Part shown: in pieces, positions 12,813-25,918 of the stretch
How positions within the stretch are numbered: position 1 is the stretch's first letter
How the letters are laid out: the number at the start of each line of letters is the position of its first letter
Source: Octopus sinensis
Lineage: Eukaryota
Assembly (NCBI RefSeq): GCF_006345805.1
Contig: NC_043011.1
Coordinates: 46,512,464-46,576,463, forward strand
Reading direction: 5' to 3'
Length of the DNA: 64,000 bases
Made by a program: the position numbers and the translations under genes
The notes under the pieces: generated by a model
The model's database searches: none
What the model saw: the letters and a program-made list of their open reading frames with translations, nothing else
Told to the model about the DNA's origin: nothing

Positions 12813-13529
12813 TATATAGAGAGAGAGAGTGTGTGTGTGTGTGTGTGAGACAGAGAGATAGATAAATAGACAGCTAGATAGATAGATATAATTCTTGCTT
12901 ACAATATTTTATTTCTCAGAGCTTCATGTCCTTGACTTTGGACATTCAGCTGCAAAGACTGCCTAGAAGAATGTTTTCATGACATTTAGCCAGAGTTATC
13001 AGTTAGGTTAGACATATTGCCAGCTTCCAATATACTTGTATATGATCGGTAATATATATTGACTTCCATTTTTTGACCGTAAACTAGTGTCTAGTTTGGC
13101 TCACACTTACGTTTATGTATGCAAAAAATGAACTTGCTTTTGTGACAACACACAGAAAATAGTTCTGATCTTTCTAAGGTGTCTTATGTCTGGGTAAGAT
13201 TGAAGAATTTTTATCATTGTGAAGGCCACATAAATTTAAACAGTGGAGTGTACTTAATGCTAAGTGCAGTTTAGACCAGGTTATATTAAATTTATCAGTG
13301 TTGTGATCTTTCAAGTACAGTATGTGGCTTGAAAATGGTTTCGTTGTCAGTATGTTTAAACATAGTTTTAAGATTTAAGTACTGGTTTTAAAGCATTCCA
13401 CTGTGAATAAAGACATAAAAAGGAGACATAGCGTTAGCTTTATCATAAATGGGAACTGACCACTCTCAAAGTACATTATTATTTTTAGCTTTAATAATAT
13501 ACATTCAAACATACATACATTACATATAT

Positions 13530-13596
13530 GGTATATTCATATAAATATGTATATATACATTACACATGTATACACATATGCACACACAATACAAAC

Positions 13597-13636
<40 letters not shown>

Positions 13637-13723
13637 CATACACATATATGTGTATATATGTGTGTATATGTGCATGAATAAACATAAAGCAATTTGTATG
13701 GAGTCCTATATTTTGTGTGTGTG

Positions 13724-13778
<55 letters not shown>

Positions 13779-14024
13779 TGTGTATACATATATATATATG
13801 TATGCATACTACATATATATATATATATACTCGCACACACAAATATTTACATATATATATTTATTTATGTATATATTATATGTATATATATATATATATA
13901 TATATGTATATACTTTATTATATTGTCATGTATCATACCTTATATGTATTACATGCTATGTGCATGCATAAGCATATGTGTGGATGTGTGTGTGTGTGTG
14001 CGCATGTGTGTGTGTGTGTGTGCA

Positions 14025-14057
<33 letters not shown>

Positions 14058-14080
14058 GTGTGCACATGCATGAATATAGT
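13530..14080. repeat. Compound (TA)/(TG)/(CA) microsatellite block
   Basis: Direct inspection; source of the spurious IY/CV ORFs. Confidence 0.95.
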
Positions 14081-14959
14081 ATTAAAGATATGACAATAAT
14101 CAAGAGAATATATTTCGAGGATTGTTGGTTCCTATTTAGGAGAAATCTAATGGTGTGTCTCCTGTTCATGTTCTTTCCTCTGTTGCATAAACAAATTAAA
14201 TACGAGAACACTATAAGTGAGATGTGGGGTGGAGTGGGGGTGCTGGGGTATCTCAAGTAATTTTCTGAGGAGGAAAATGTCAGAAAGCCATTGTTGTAAC
14301 TACAAAAAAGAAATCAAATGAAAAGTAATTTAAACTCTTGTGAGAAGTTCTGGCACCAAATAAGCTGCTATCGAAAAACTAATTGGAGAAGAAATACCAA
14401 AATACAAAAATATTAAAAAAAAACAAAGCAACAACAAAAACTGAAGAAAAAAATATCACATTGAAGATATATAAAAAAAAGGGGAAAAAGTAATTAAAAA
14501 AAAAGATCAGATACTATGAGAAAAGATTTCATGAACTGATGAATTAAATGTTCTAAGTTCACAACAATATTGAACAAATTAGGTTTGTTCAGTCCTATTA
14601 TTTCAGGTTTTTATAAGGTGTTGAGCTGGAAGATTCATTAGCATGTTGGACAAAATTCTTAGTGGTATTTCGTCCCTCTTTATTTTCTGAGTTCAAATTC
14701 CACTAAGGTTGACTTTGCCGTTTGTCCTTTTGGCACAGGTAAAAGGAGTACCAGTTGAATAATGGGTTGATGTAATTGACATGACATCTCTGCTGAAATT
14801 GCTGGCCTTGTGCCAAAATTCAAAACCATTATTTCAGCTCTTTATAATCGCTGTCATCATTGTTATCATGCTGCTATGTTTATTCCAGACCTGCAAGAAA
14901 TACTGGCCAAATTTCCTATAAATTACATTCTTTAACATTTAACAAGTCTCTTAACCCCT

Positions 14960-15545
14960 TGGGAGTCATTGGGGCACTGCAGTCATGCAGCATATCTCCA
15001 GACTTAACTCATTTCTACAGCTGAGTGGACTGGAGCAACATGAAATGAAGTACTTTGCTCAAGAACAACGGATTGCCTGGTCCAGGGATTGAAACCAGTG
15101 TTACGGTTGTGAATCCCACACCCTAACCACTAAGTGATATGCCGCCACTAGTGGTACTCATTTCTACAGCTGAGCAGACTGGAGCAATGTGAAATGAAGT
15201 GTTTTGTTCAAGAACACAATGTATCACCCTGTCTAGGAATTGAAACCACAATCTTATTTCTTTATTGCCCACGAGGGGCTAAACATAGAAAGGACAAACA
15301 AGGACAGACAAAGGGATTAAGTCGATTACATTGACCCCAGTGCATAACTGGTATTTAATTTAAGGACCCTGACAGGATGAAAGGCAAAGTCGACCTTGGC
15401 GGAATTTGAACTCAGAGCGTAATGGCAGACGAAATACCACTAAGCATTTGGCCCAGCATGCTAACGTTTCTGCCAGCTCGCCACCTTAGAAACCACAATC
15501 TTACAATCGTGAGTCCAGCATCCTAACCATTTAGTGACACACCTC
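14960..15545 (-). mobile_element. Two CORE-SINE copies, the second interrupted by SINE B (15257-15488)
   Basis: Two CORE blocks; the B insertion is flanked by a 15-bp TSD gaaaccacaatctta (15242-15256, 15489-15503). Confidence 0.85.
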
Positions 15546-15903
15546 CACTAAATTACATTCCTACCTTTTTTAAATAAAAACAACACATTATGTAATGAAA
15601 TATTTGTTACAGCATACCTACAACAAAAATACTTGATGGGATCACAGGTAGAGCACCTTTGATCACAGGTGTACTTGAGTAGAGTAGACCTGAGTTTAAA
15701 TAACGACCATAAACATTGTTTTAGTGTTAGTGCTTGTATGTTCCTTTGGCCAAACAAGCTTGCTATGCTGTAGTTCTTGATGGATGTCCCCTGGATATTG
15801 CTTTACCTCTGATTCATCCTCTGAAGTCACTATCTTCTCTATCAAGCTGATAAGGAAGCCTTTAGATGTCCTTTTTTTTTTCTCTCTTTCAAATCATGTA
15901 GTA

Positions 15904-16627
15904 CAGTGCTACTGAAAGTGGTGGTCCATGGACCGGTGCCAGTCCACAAGCCATCGGCTACTGGTATGTGGTGAGTTTTCAGAAAAGAAAGAAACATTAT
16001 AAAATGCTTATGCAATAGTGTATTATTTGTTTACAAAATAAATATAAGATAAAAAAAATTGTCAACTTTTATTATATCCTTTATATATATACATGTAGGA
16101 GTGGCTGTGTGGTAAGTAGCATGCTTACGAACCACATAGTTCTAGGTACGTCCTATTGTGTGGCACCTTGGGCAAGTGTCTTCTACTATAGCCTTGGGTC
16201 GACCAAAGCCTTGTGAGTGGATTTGGTAGACAGAAACTGAAAGAAGCCCATCGTATATATGTATATATATATACATATATATATGTATGTGTGTATATGT
16301 TTGTGTGTCTGCGTTTGTCCCCCCAACATCGCTTGACAACCGATGGTGGTGTGTTTATATCCCCATAACTTAGCAGTTTGGCAAAAAGAGACCGATAGAA
16401 TAAGTACTAGGCTTACAAAGAATAAGTCCTGGGGTCAGTTTGTTTGACTAAGGTCGGTGCTCCAGCATGGCCACAGTCAAATAACTGAAGCAAGTAAAGC
16501 AGTAAAAAGAGTAAAGAGTATATTGTTTCTGGTATAAATTAATATTACTAAGAAATATTACTGGTCCCTGGAAACATTGGAAAAAAAAACTGCCAGTACG
16601 CTCCATCAGATAGTTTGAGAAGCACTG
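15904..16627. mobile_element. hAT MITE with nested SINE A (16098-16510, +)
   Basis: TIRs cagtgctactgaaa / tttgagaagcactg; 8-bp TSD atgtagta / atttagta. Confidence 0.8.
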
Positions 16628-17377
16628 ATTTAGTAGTATATTAAATAAGAGCACATGGAACAAAGATATATTAACACAAAAAGACAGGATGGTCATGAAT
16701 GGAATACTTTTGACCATAGCTCTCATTTAGAGTTGACTGCAAACAAAAAAGATACTGCCACCACTGCCACAACTACTACCATCACCACTACTACTACTAC
16801 CACCACGACTGTCTTCATTGTTGTCATCATCATCATCATAGCCATCTGTTTTTGTTTTTCTGTTACTATAATGACTTTTGCTTTCTTGCACTTAATAACT
16901 TGACAGTGCTCTACACTCAATCAAATGTATTCCTTTCACAAGTCTTACCCCTTTTTCTTCTCTCCTTCCTGTGTTCCCCACTATACCTTGGAACTACACA
17001 GTTTGCTCAATCCTTCCACATTCAAACTGCATTATCCTGGCATTCTTTAATTCATTCATTCCTTCATTCGTTCATTCATTCATTCCGTACTTCTATTTTC
17101 CTCTTGACCACCGGATCCTTATTTCCATTATCCATAAGCCTCTATCCTAGGTCTAGCTGACCCTGAAAACATTGGGAGACTGCTCTAACCCATCTGATTA
17201 AATGCTAAATGAAAACGTACCTTTGATCCAGAATCCTTTCATCTGTGAGATTGACAATTCCCTAAATTGGATCAAATTACTTTATCTATTCACGTCTTCT
17301 CTTTCTTCATCTCAATCCTATAACAAGTATCTTCCACAAGTAAACTTGTGTCACAAATTGCTTTCATTTACTCAGCT

Positions 17378-17600
17378 TACAGGGAAGTGCTGAAAAGTCC
17401 CTGGCTTTAAGGGTATTGCAAAAAGGCCTAGTTGGAGTCCCAGCTTTCTGAGTTATTTTACAGGGGCTTACAAAAACTGAAAGGCTGCTGCAATAAAAGA
17501 ATAAATCTGAGAGGGGAATTTGTTGATTAAAATTACAATTAACTAATCTGCATGTATTTTCTTTTACCCAAAGCCAGGCACTTTCCTGCAGGCCTTTGTA
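17378..17600. mobile_element. Mariner-derived MITE
   Basis: TA-flanked TIRs tacagggaagtgctgaaaagtccctggcttt / aaagccaggcactttcctgcaggcctttgta; same family as 23958-24161 in the opposite orientation. Confidence 0.7.
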
Positions 17601-17778
17601 CATGTCTGTACATGAGCCAGCAAAGTAGCCTGTGAGTTATGGGAGCACTACAATTCAGCAAGTAGCATTTCAGTGTCACAACTTAGCAAGCACTAATGTT
17701 CACTCACACACACATCTATATACATACACACTCACTCACAATCACACACACTCTCACACATATACACACATGTATAAA

Positions 17779-18105
17779 AGACCTTCGGTCATGAATGACC
17801 ATGGGATTGCACCTAGAAAGTTACCCTCCTAGACACAAGTCCAGGCAAGGTTGTTTATGGAAGACTAGCAGTCGCCCATGCATACCAGCCTTCCCTCCAT
17901 GCCACCAGTGTTATCCAAGGGAAAGACAAAGGTCGATACAGCTTGGCACCAGTGACGTCGCAACTCATTTCTACAGCTGAGTGAACTGGAGCAACGTGAA
18001 ATAAAGTGCTTTGCTCAAGAACACAACACGCAGCCCGGTCCGGGATTCGAGGTCACAACCTCACGATCGTAAGCTCGACGCTCTAACCACTGAGCCATGC
18101 GCCTT

Positions 18106-18106
<1 letters not shown>
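17779..18106 (-). mobile_element. CORE-type SINE family D
   Basis: tRNA head (ggttagagcgtcgagc...tcgaatccc), CORE block; second copy at 24846-25176. Confidence 0.85.
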
Positions 18107-18136
<30 letters not shown>

Positions 18137-18137
<1 letters not shown>

Positions 18138-18337
18138 GTGAGCGCGTGTGTACTGTTGGCGATTTTTTTTCCTCCATCTTCCCTTCTTTGGATCTTTCCT
18201 TTTCCTATGTTTCTGATGAAGAGCTCCGCTCGAAATGTTAAACCCTCCTTCTTTCCTTCTTTCCTGAGCGTCCAATAATACTATACCTGTTCCACGTCCT
18301 CGTGTTGTGTTTTCTCTTTGTGTTTTCATGTTTGGAT

Positions 18338-18342
<5 letters not shown>
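18137..18342 (+). mobile_element. Penelope-like pLTR-type fragment inserted in (TA)n
   Basis: Carries a hammerhead motif, CpG-retaining, flanked on both sides by TA repeats. Confidence 0.6.
18209..18243 (+). ncRNA. Minimal type I hammerhead ribozyme motif
   Basis: guuu-CUGAUGA-a-GAGC-ucc-GCUC-GAAA-u-GUU-aaac: stem I guuu/aaac, perfect stem II, vestigial stem III. Confidence 0.7.
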
Positions 18343-18425
<83 letters not shown>

Positions 18426-18463
18426 CACACACACACATAAACACATATACATACATACACACG

Positions 18464-18502
<39 letters not shown>

Positions 18503-18536
18503 CCATACATACCCTCATGCATATACATACACACAT

Positions 18537-18570
<34 letters not shown>

Positions 18571-19321
18571 TGTACTTGCTATGTTAGTGCTTGCTCAGTT
18601 GTGGCACTTGTTGAGTTTCTAGTTGCTGAGTTAGGGTGTAGTCATGAGTTATTGATCAAACTGGTAAACAAGAGTGTATACTGCTAGCCCTCACCTGCAA
18701 GTGAGTATAAATTGTTAGGTGTATCAGGTATTAGCTAACTTTTTTAACTACCTGTGTAGCTACGAGCTACACTTATAATCAAATATTTTTCTGACCAGCC
18801 ATAATAAAGTCGAATTTTGTAGAGGCTAGAGAGACGATATAGTTGAGTAAATTATCCCTAATATATTACTGGTATTTGTATTACTACAGAGAAGGTTAAT
18901 AAAACATTTGTCATTAATCTGCCCAATCAAAGTTGACCCAGACTTAACAGTAACAATGCAGTCAGTTTGGGCAAACAACGGAACCTCATTGCAGCCTCAT
19001 GTTCTGCTAGAAAAAGCAGCAGAGTCTCCTTCAAATCACAAACTACTGACCCTATTCTGTTAAAAAAGAGGTGGGCATGTTGCATAAAAATGTGGTCCTA
19101 TATGCTCCACTAGGCATGATCAAAATAAAGGATGGTCATGATTAGAACTCCTTTTAATACAATTACTAATTTAAGGCTAATCTGGGGACTAAACAACAAC
19201 AACAAAATGATTGTATTTCTCCTCTCCTGCTCACAAAGTAAATTCTAAGTTGCAAACAATTTCAAACCAGGGACAGATTATTTCATGAATTACATAGATT
19301 ATCATATATTGTATTTTTTTC

Positions 19322-19628
19322 GTTGCCCTTTTCAAGCCTAGTCAGGCTCATGGGCCCGGTTTCCCAGTTTCTGTGGTGTATGTGTTCCCCCCCCCCAGCT
19401 GGACGGGACACCAGTCCATCACAGCATTACTCAAGAAACAGGAAGAGAGAGTGAGAGAAAGTTGGGGTGAAAGAGTACAACAGGGGTTGTCACCACCCCA
19501 TGCCGGAGCCTCGTGGAGCTTTTAGATGTTTTTGCTCAATAAACACACACAACGCCCAGTCTGGGAATTGAAACAGCAATCCTCCGACCACGAGTCCGCT
19601 ACCCTAACCACTAGGCCATTGCACCTCC
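19322..19628 (-). mobile_element. SINE family C
   Basis: Reverse complement of 4104-4396. Confidence 0.85.
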
Positions 19629-20434
19629 CATATATTAAATAGATTATCATATATTACATAGATTATCATATATTACAATATATCAGTATTCAACAAGCAG
19701 ATACCATTTCTCTCAAATCAATTACTCTTCTGGGGAAGTTTATTTTATTTAGTTCTTGAACTGGTAAGGTTAGGTCATGACGGCAGTGGCTTGGATGGGA
19801 TGGGTTATGGGAGGCTGTCTCATAGAATTTGTTAATATTTCTTATATCTTGGTAGAAATTGAGGTAAATTTCATATTGTGTCATATTTTCATCAATCAAT
19901 AAACACATAACACAACATTTTTATTTTTTACTTTCAGTTCAGTTCCTCCTCCTCCTTTTTCTTCTTTTTCCTCCTCATCCTACAACCTTCTCTTCTTCCT
20001 TCTCCTCTTCGTTATTCTCCCTCACCTCCTACTGCTTTTCCTTCCCTTCTCCCCATTTCTTCCTCCTCCTCCTCCTCTCTCCCCCTAATCCGTTTATTTA
20101 TTTTTATTTTTCTCCTCCCGCTCCTTCTTACTTCCTTACTTTTTCCTTCCTCAGCTACTTTCCCCCACCCCCAAAAACAACCGCACCACAACCCAGCCAT
20201 TACCATCGCTGCCACCACCATTACAACTATCACACACCTCCACCACCTTCTGTTACATCATCTTCCCAAATATACATTAAAAAGAGTGTTATTTTTTTTT
20301 CTTCTTTCACATTTAGATGAGTAGACATTTCATCTTTTTTTTGTTCTTTTCTTCCTCCCTGCCTTCATAACCACCCTAGCATTATTCAATCACTCCTACG
20401 TTCTTTTTCCTTTCTCTCTCTTCTCCTTTCTCCC

Positions 20435-20830
20435 CTTCATGCTTTCTCTCTCTCTCTCTCCCTACTCCTCTTTCTCACTTCATGCCGGCTCTCTCTCTCT
20501 CCTTACTCCTCTCTCCCAGTTCATGCTGTTTCTCTCTCCCTACTACTCTCTCCAATTCATGCTGTCTCTCTCTCTCTCCTACTCCTCTTTCTCACTTCAT
20601 GCCGGCTCTCTCTCTCTCCTTACTCCTCTCTCCCAGTTCATGCTGTTTCTCTCTCCCTACTACTCTCTCCAACTTCATGCTGTCTCTCTCTCTCTCCCTA
20701 CGCCTCTCTCCCAGTTCATGCTGTCTCTCTCCCTCTCTCCCTACTCCTCTCTCCCACTTCATGCTGTCTCTCTCTCCTTACTCCTCTCTCCCACTTCATA
20801 CTATTTCTCTCTCTCCCTTGTGCTCTCTCT
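20435..20830. repeat. Pyrimidine-rich minisatellite, ~35-40 bp units starting ttcatgc, with a ~110-bp higher-order repeat
   Basis: About 10 recurrences of ttcatgc(t/c)g...ctactc. Confidence 0.85.
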
Positions 20831-21239
20831 GTTTATATCACCACCACCCCTGCTCTCCTGCCACCATCACCCTTTGGGCATAATTTTTTTAATAATTTCC
20901 ATTTTCAAAATAGACAGCTCAAAATCAATACCATAAAACTGAAGGGTTCTCAGACTGTAGGATTTCTTTTTCTATACTCACAACAACAACAACAACAGAC
21001 AGCAACAACAATAGACAGCAAGTCTCAAAAATAAAACATCAAAAAAAAAATGTAAAAAGTTAATAGCAAAACAAACCAAATACCAGTATTCATTAAAACA
21101 AAACTAGAGAAAAACAACAGAAATAAGTACAAAAAGCCAAATTATTTTTTGTGTTTTTTATCTTTTTTTTCATGTAAATACTAAGATGATGGTTTAAAAT
21201 ACCCGAGTCTCTCTTATTTGGTCACTTTGTTGTTTAACT

Positions 21240-21810
21240 ATATGTTTCGTTTTTGTTGGCAGAGGAAAAGAAGGAGTTAGAAATGAGTTTATCTGCACTA
21301 TCGTCCCTCTTGTAATCATCATCATCACCACCACCATCATCATCATCATCATCAACTTGTAGTTTTCTCCCTCTTGCCATCATGGCCACCACTACTATTC
21401 TGATCACCATCATCAAGATCATTGACTGTCATTGTTGACCACCATCATCGCTATCAACATTCCAATCATTTCTGTCACGACGACGACGACGACGATGACG
21501 ACGACCACCACCACTACCACCACTACGTCACCACTAGTATCCTCATCATCATCACCATCAGGGCCACCACCCATTATTATCATTGCACACACAGTCCATA
21601 ACCACTACCAACACCACCGTCATGATGACCACTGCCACTACCATCATCATCATCATCATCACACTCACCATCTATAATTATCATTGCACACAACAACACT
21701 ATATCCACCCCTTCCACCACCAACACAATCCCCATCACCACCCATTTTTATAATTGCACAAACCATCATGACCACGACCACAATCACTGACTCCACCACC
21801 AGCGCCATCA
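21240..21810. repeat. Degenerate (ATC)/(ACC)/(ACG) trinucleotide array
   Basis: Direct inspection; explains the poly-T/H/D ORFs. Confidence 0.85.
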
Positions 21811-21823
21811 CCACCATTCTATG

Positions 21824-22031
21824 CTGTTCAAGAATTTGGACCCGGAGATCTCTATTTCCAGCGACTTGTGGGCCACCTCCTAGTGGTGTCAGGTGTCAAC
21901 GAAGAGCCCTCGACTACAACAAGGTGACCAAAGTTTTTTTTTTTTTCCAAGGTCTGGGTCTCCTGTCCCTAAGCCCTAGACCATCACCTAATCATCCTTA
22001 CCCGCCTTGTTGCTTAACAACAACAACAACA
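21824..22031 (+). mobile_element. 5'-truncated retroposed insert with (AAC)n tail
   Basis: 14-bp TSD accaccattctatg at 21810-21823 and 22032-22045. Confidence 0.65.
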
Positions 22032-23531
22032 ACCACCATTCTATGGTCACCCCTTTCCCACTACTCTTACACCATCAACATCATAACAGCCACCATCATT
22101 ATCCTCATATTCAGCATCTTCATCATCGTCTTACGTTCATCGTGTGATGTCATGTCATATGGAGAACAATGAAGTTCTGATTGTAGCAAAATCGAACGCT
22201 TCCGTACAATGTTCCACTCCATGGCCATAGTTATCAAAAGGAAACATGCTTATAATTGTGTGTGTGTATGAGTGTATATATATATATATGCACATATACA
22301 TGTGTGTATTTATTGTATATATTTACATATATACATAACTATATATATGTACATGTGTATATTGTGTATATGTGTGTGTGTGTATAAACAAACAACTATT
22401 AGAAATATGTAGTGTAACATTGTGTTTTTGAGCTAAATAGCTTAGATTATAAAATAATGTCTTTTCAACAGCAGATAGAACTTTCTATAAATTCTTAAAC
22501 AAGAACTGATATTGCTCACTTGTATCTTCTTGATACAGATGCTGCATTGGTAATGAAGAAGATAAAAGAAATAGATTGATTTTTGTTTTGTGTTCTTTTT
22601 GTTGTTTTTTTCTTCTTAAGTTACAAGAACGACAGAAAGAAAGAAAGAAAGAAAATAAGAGGATGGGAGAGAATGAAATAAAAATCAAAGGAAAACACAA
22701 AATATGTTTTCTTGAAAGAAAAAAATGTTCACTTTCTTTCATAAAATTTGTTTATAACACGGAATTATATTTTTGAAACTTATGCAAGCTCTTATAAAGA
22801 AGAGAAGATGAACGCTATAAATTAAGAGGTAATCTTCTACTGAGCTGTTTCTATAGACTTGTTGTTGTAGAACCATTGTTTCATTCAGCAGAACGATGCA
22901 AGCTCTTGTAAAGAACTTCTGGTCAATGACTTTCCAGCAGTAACACACTCTGCTTTTTTTTTTGTCTCCAGAGATAACATAACCATAACTATATTTTCTA
23001 ACATGTCCATCCAAATTTTTGGATGTTATTGGAGGAAAATTTGGCTGCTGTTTTTAGCAGGTTGAGCGACCGAGTAAAGAGTCGTCTATAAACTGTGTTT
23101 TTTTGGTTGAAAGAGTAAATAACTTTCACAGTTACTCTGTATAATTTTGGTTTCACAGCTTTAAACGTAAGAGAAAGGTTTTTTGTGAAAGCTACATTTT
23201 TTTAAGGGTTCCAGGGCCTCTCCGAGTAGCAGGAGGAAGATATCTTCAAACCAGAGATCTGGGATGAATGCTTGTGAAAAAGTTGGCACTATTAATGGTG
23301 ATTATAGATAAGTTCACTACTGACAACTAAGTTCACTGCCATCAATTCACTGTGATAAAAGTGACTTGATGACTGGTGAACTTACTCTGCAGTGCATTGA
23401 TGACGATGAGCAGTTCTTGCTGTGAATTGATGACAGTCAACTTTTTCTGCAGTGAATTGATGACAGTGAACTTACTGGACACAGTCAATAATACCCAAGA
23501 GGCAGATAGTGCTGTTAAACCAGACAACTAA

Positions 23532-23760
23532 TTAAGCCTTTTGTTACCATATTTCTGCTGAGATGCTCTTTGTTTCTCTCAATTATTCGAAATATAACAA
23601 AGAATTTAGTAAAATAACTTAGTTATCATTCAGCTAGTGTTTGGAACATAAATTGCACCTAAGGCTTGGTGGAAGATTTTAGTTCAGAACTTATGGAAAC
23701 AAGACATTTGTATTACAGAGCCAGAGGTGGTTTCAACCAGGTTGGTAACGAAAGGGTTAA
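23532..23760. mobile_element. piggyBac-type MITE
   Basis: TTAA-flanked TIRs (g/c)ccttttgttacc / ggtaacgaaaggg; second copy at 26984-27211. Confidence 0.8.
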
Positions 23761-23957
23761 GGCAGATTAGTGCCCTGTACAGAAGAATGCTTATCACTCT
23801 ATCTCTAATTGAAAGATCATTTGGAGGGGCTGATAAAGTCTTGGGCACTGTTCCTTCTTGAACTGGCTCATATAAATATTCAGTTCTTACAAACTTAGGG
23901 CATATTTGTATTTGTTATATCTTCCTAGATAGACTGTGGCATCAACAAAAAAGAGTA

Positions 23958-24161
23958 TACAAGGGTGTACTGAGAAGTTAACAGCTTTGGTTAAAAGAAA
24001 ATACAGGAGGATCAGTTAATTATGATTTTATTGAACATATTTCCCTCTCAGATTCACACACTTATTGCAGAAGTCCTTCACTTTTTCTAAACCTTGTAAA
24101 GAGAACTGAAAAGGTTTTCACAACACCCTTAAAGCCAGGATCTTTTCAGCACCCCATCATA
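23958..24161. mobile_element. Mariner-derived MITE
   Basis: TIRs tacaagggtgtactgagaagtt / aaagccaggatcttttcagcaccccatcata. Confidence 0.7.
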
Positions 24162-24845
24162 TTTTACCTATTTGTTTCTAGATAGACTGTGGTGTCAACA
24201 ATAAAGAGTTTATGTCTCCTGTAAATGACAACTGACCTTCTAAGTTTAGTAGGTGGCAAACTATCAACCTTTTTATCATCAATTCTGTTCACATATTTCT
24301 TTAAGCTACTTTTCTCTCATGAAATCTATGTCTCTCTTTGCCTGCCTGATGTCTTTAAAGAAAATTGTTGGTTTATGGTGGTATTTTTGTTTCTGTGTGA
24401 CATATAGTAATGGACAAAGAAACCTTTAATCCTAAAATTCAAAAGAAATGCTTGGTCACCTTCAAAGAGACAAAACATGTAGGTAATCCATTGGAAATGG
24501 CTCTATTCCTCATTTTTTATTCATTTTTATCATTATGATGGAAATAAATGAGACAAAAAGCAGAAGAGACAGATATCAATAGAGTTTTTGTTGGATAATT
24601 TATTTTGCTTTTTCTTAGATGTTTTCCAGTCCAAGACTTATTTTATTGCATTTTAGCAAATCTCTTTTTAAATGGAATACATGGAGGAAAGGAATAGAGA
24701 TTTTTGATATCAAAACCATTCTCAAAACTATCAGCAAGACAAATAAAGTGAAACGGTTACAGGTGGCAATCAAAATATTTTGAACTCACCAACTTAAGGA
24801 TTTTTCTCTCTGTATTCATACTACAAATCTGAGACTGAGACTCAC

Positions 24846-25176
24846 CTTTGGTCATGACACTGACCTTGGGATTGCACCTAGAAAGTTGCCCTCCCAGGCA
24901 CAAGTCTGGGCAAAGTTGCTTTTTATGGAAGGCCAGCAGTCACCCATGCATACCGGCCTCCCCTCTCCACGCCACCAGTGTTATCCAAGGGAAAGGCAAA
25001 GTCCGATACAGCTTGGCACCTGTGACGTCGCAACTCATTTCTACAGCTGAGTGAACTGGAGCAACGTAAAATAAAGTGTCTTGCTCAAGAACACAACATG
25101 CAGCCCAGTCCAGGATTCGAGCTCACAACCTCATGATCATAAGCTCAATGCTCTAACCACTGAGCCATGTGCTTTC
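24846..25176 (-). mobile_element. CORE-type SINE family D
   Basis: Near-identical to 17779-18106. Confidence 0.85.
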
Positions 25177-25338
25177 ACATACTACAAATATAACTGAGCT
25201 AATAGGATAGTGGAGACAATAGAATAGGGGGTCTAAATGTATAGTACAGCATTTAGATTTTCATTTGTTTCAGTTTTCACTTCTGTTAGCACCAGCGCCA
25301 ATTAATTAGTCTCAGTTATACTTAAAAGATAGCACTAG

Positions 25339-25418
25339 TGGTCAAAGTTGCTAATGTACCAGATGTTCGAGCAAGCTATCAGGGAAACATATTTTGTCAG
25401 TGATACCATATTGAGTGC
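25339..25418 (+). CDS. Weak candidate exon (phase 0 to 2), WSKLLMYQMFEQAIRETYFVSDTILS
   Basis: Strong donor GC|gtaagt at 25419 and open frame; acceptor weak, exon start uncertain. Confidence 0.25.
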
Positions 25419-25488
25419 GTAAGTTGTGAACTCTTAAATTTCTTTAACTAACAATTGTAATTAGGTAATATAGAGTTTGAAAACTCAC

Positions 25489-25918
25489 AAGAGTGGCTGT
25501 GTGGTAAGTAGCTTGCTTATGAACCAAATGGTTCCGGGTTCAGTCCCACTGCGTGGCACTTTGGGCAAGTGGCTTCTACTATAGCCTCGGGCCGACCAAA
25601 GCCTTGTGAGTGGATTTGGTAGATAGAAACTGAAAGAAGCCCGTCATATATATATCTATATCTATATATATATGTGTGTGTGTCTGTGTGTGTGTGTGTA
25701 TGTATCTTCGTGTGTTTGTGTTTATCTCCCCCAACATCGCTTGACAACCGATGCTGGTGTGTTTACATCCCTGTAACTTAGCAGTTTGGCAAAAGAGACC
25801 GATAGAATAAGTACTAGGCCTACAAAGAATAAGTCCTGGGGTCGATTTGCTCGACTAAATGTGGTGCTCCACCATGGCCACAGTCACATGACTGAAACAA
25901 GTAAAAGTGTAAAAGAAA
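25489..25918 (+). mobile_element. SINE family A
   Basis: Full-length match to family consensus. Confidence 0.9.

Noticed and set aside
13537-14260. Long ORFs rich in IY/CV/TH (also 18.3k, 27.8-28.4k, 36.7-37.2k, 54.2k, 55.9-56.3k, 37.4-38.2k)
   Set aside because: Translations of dinucleotide microsatellites, which lack stops by construction.
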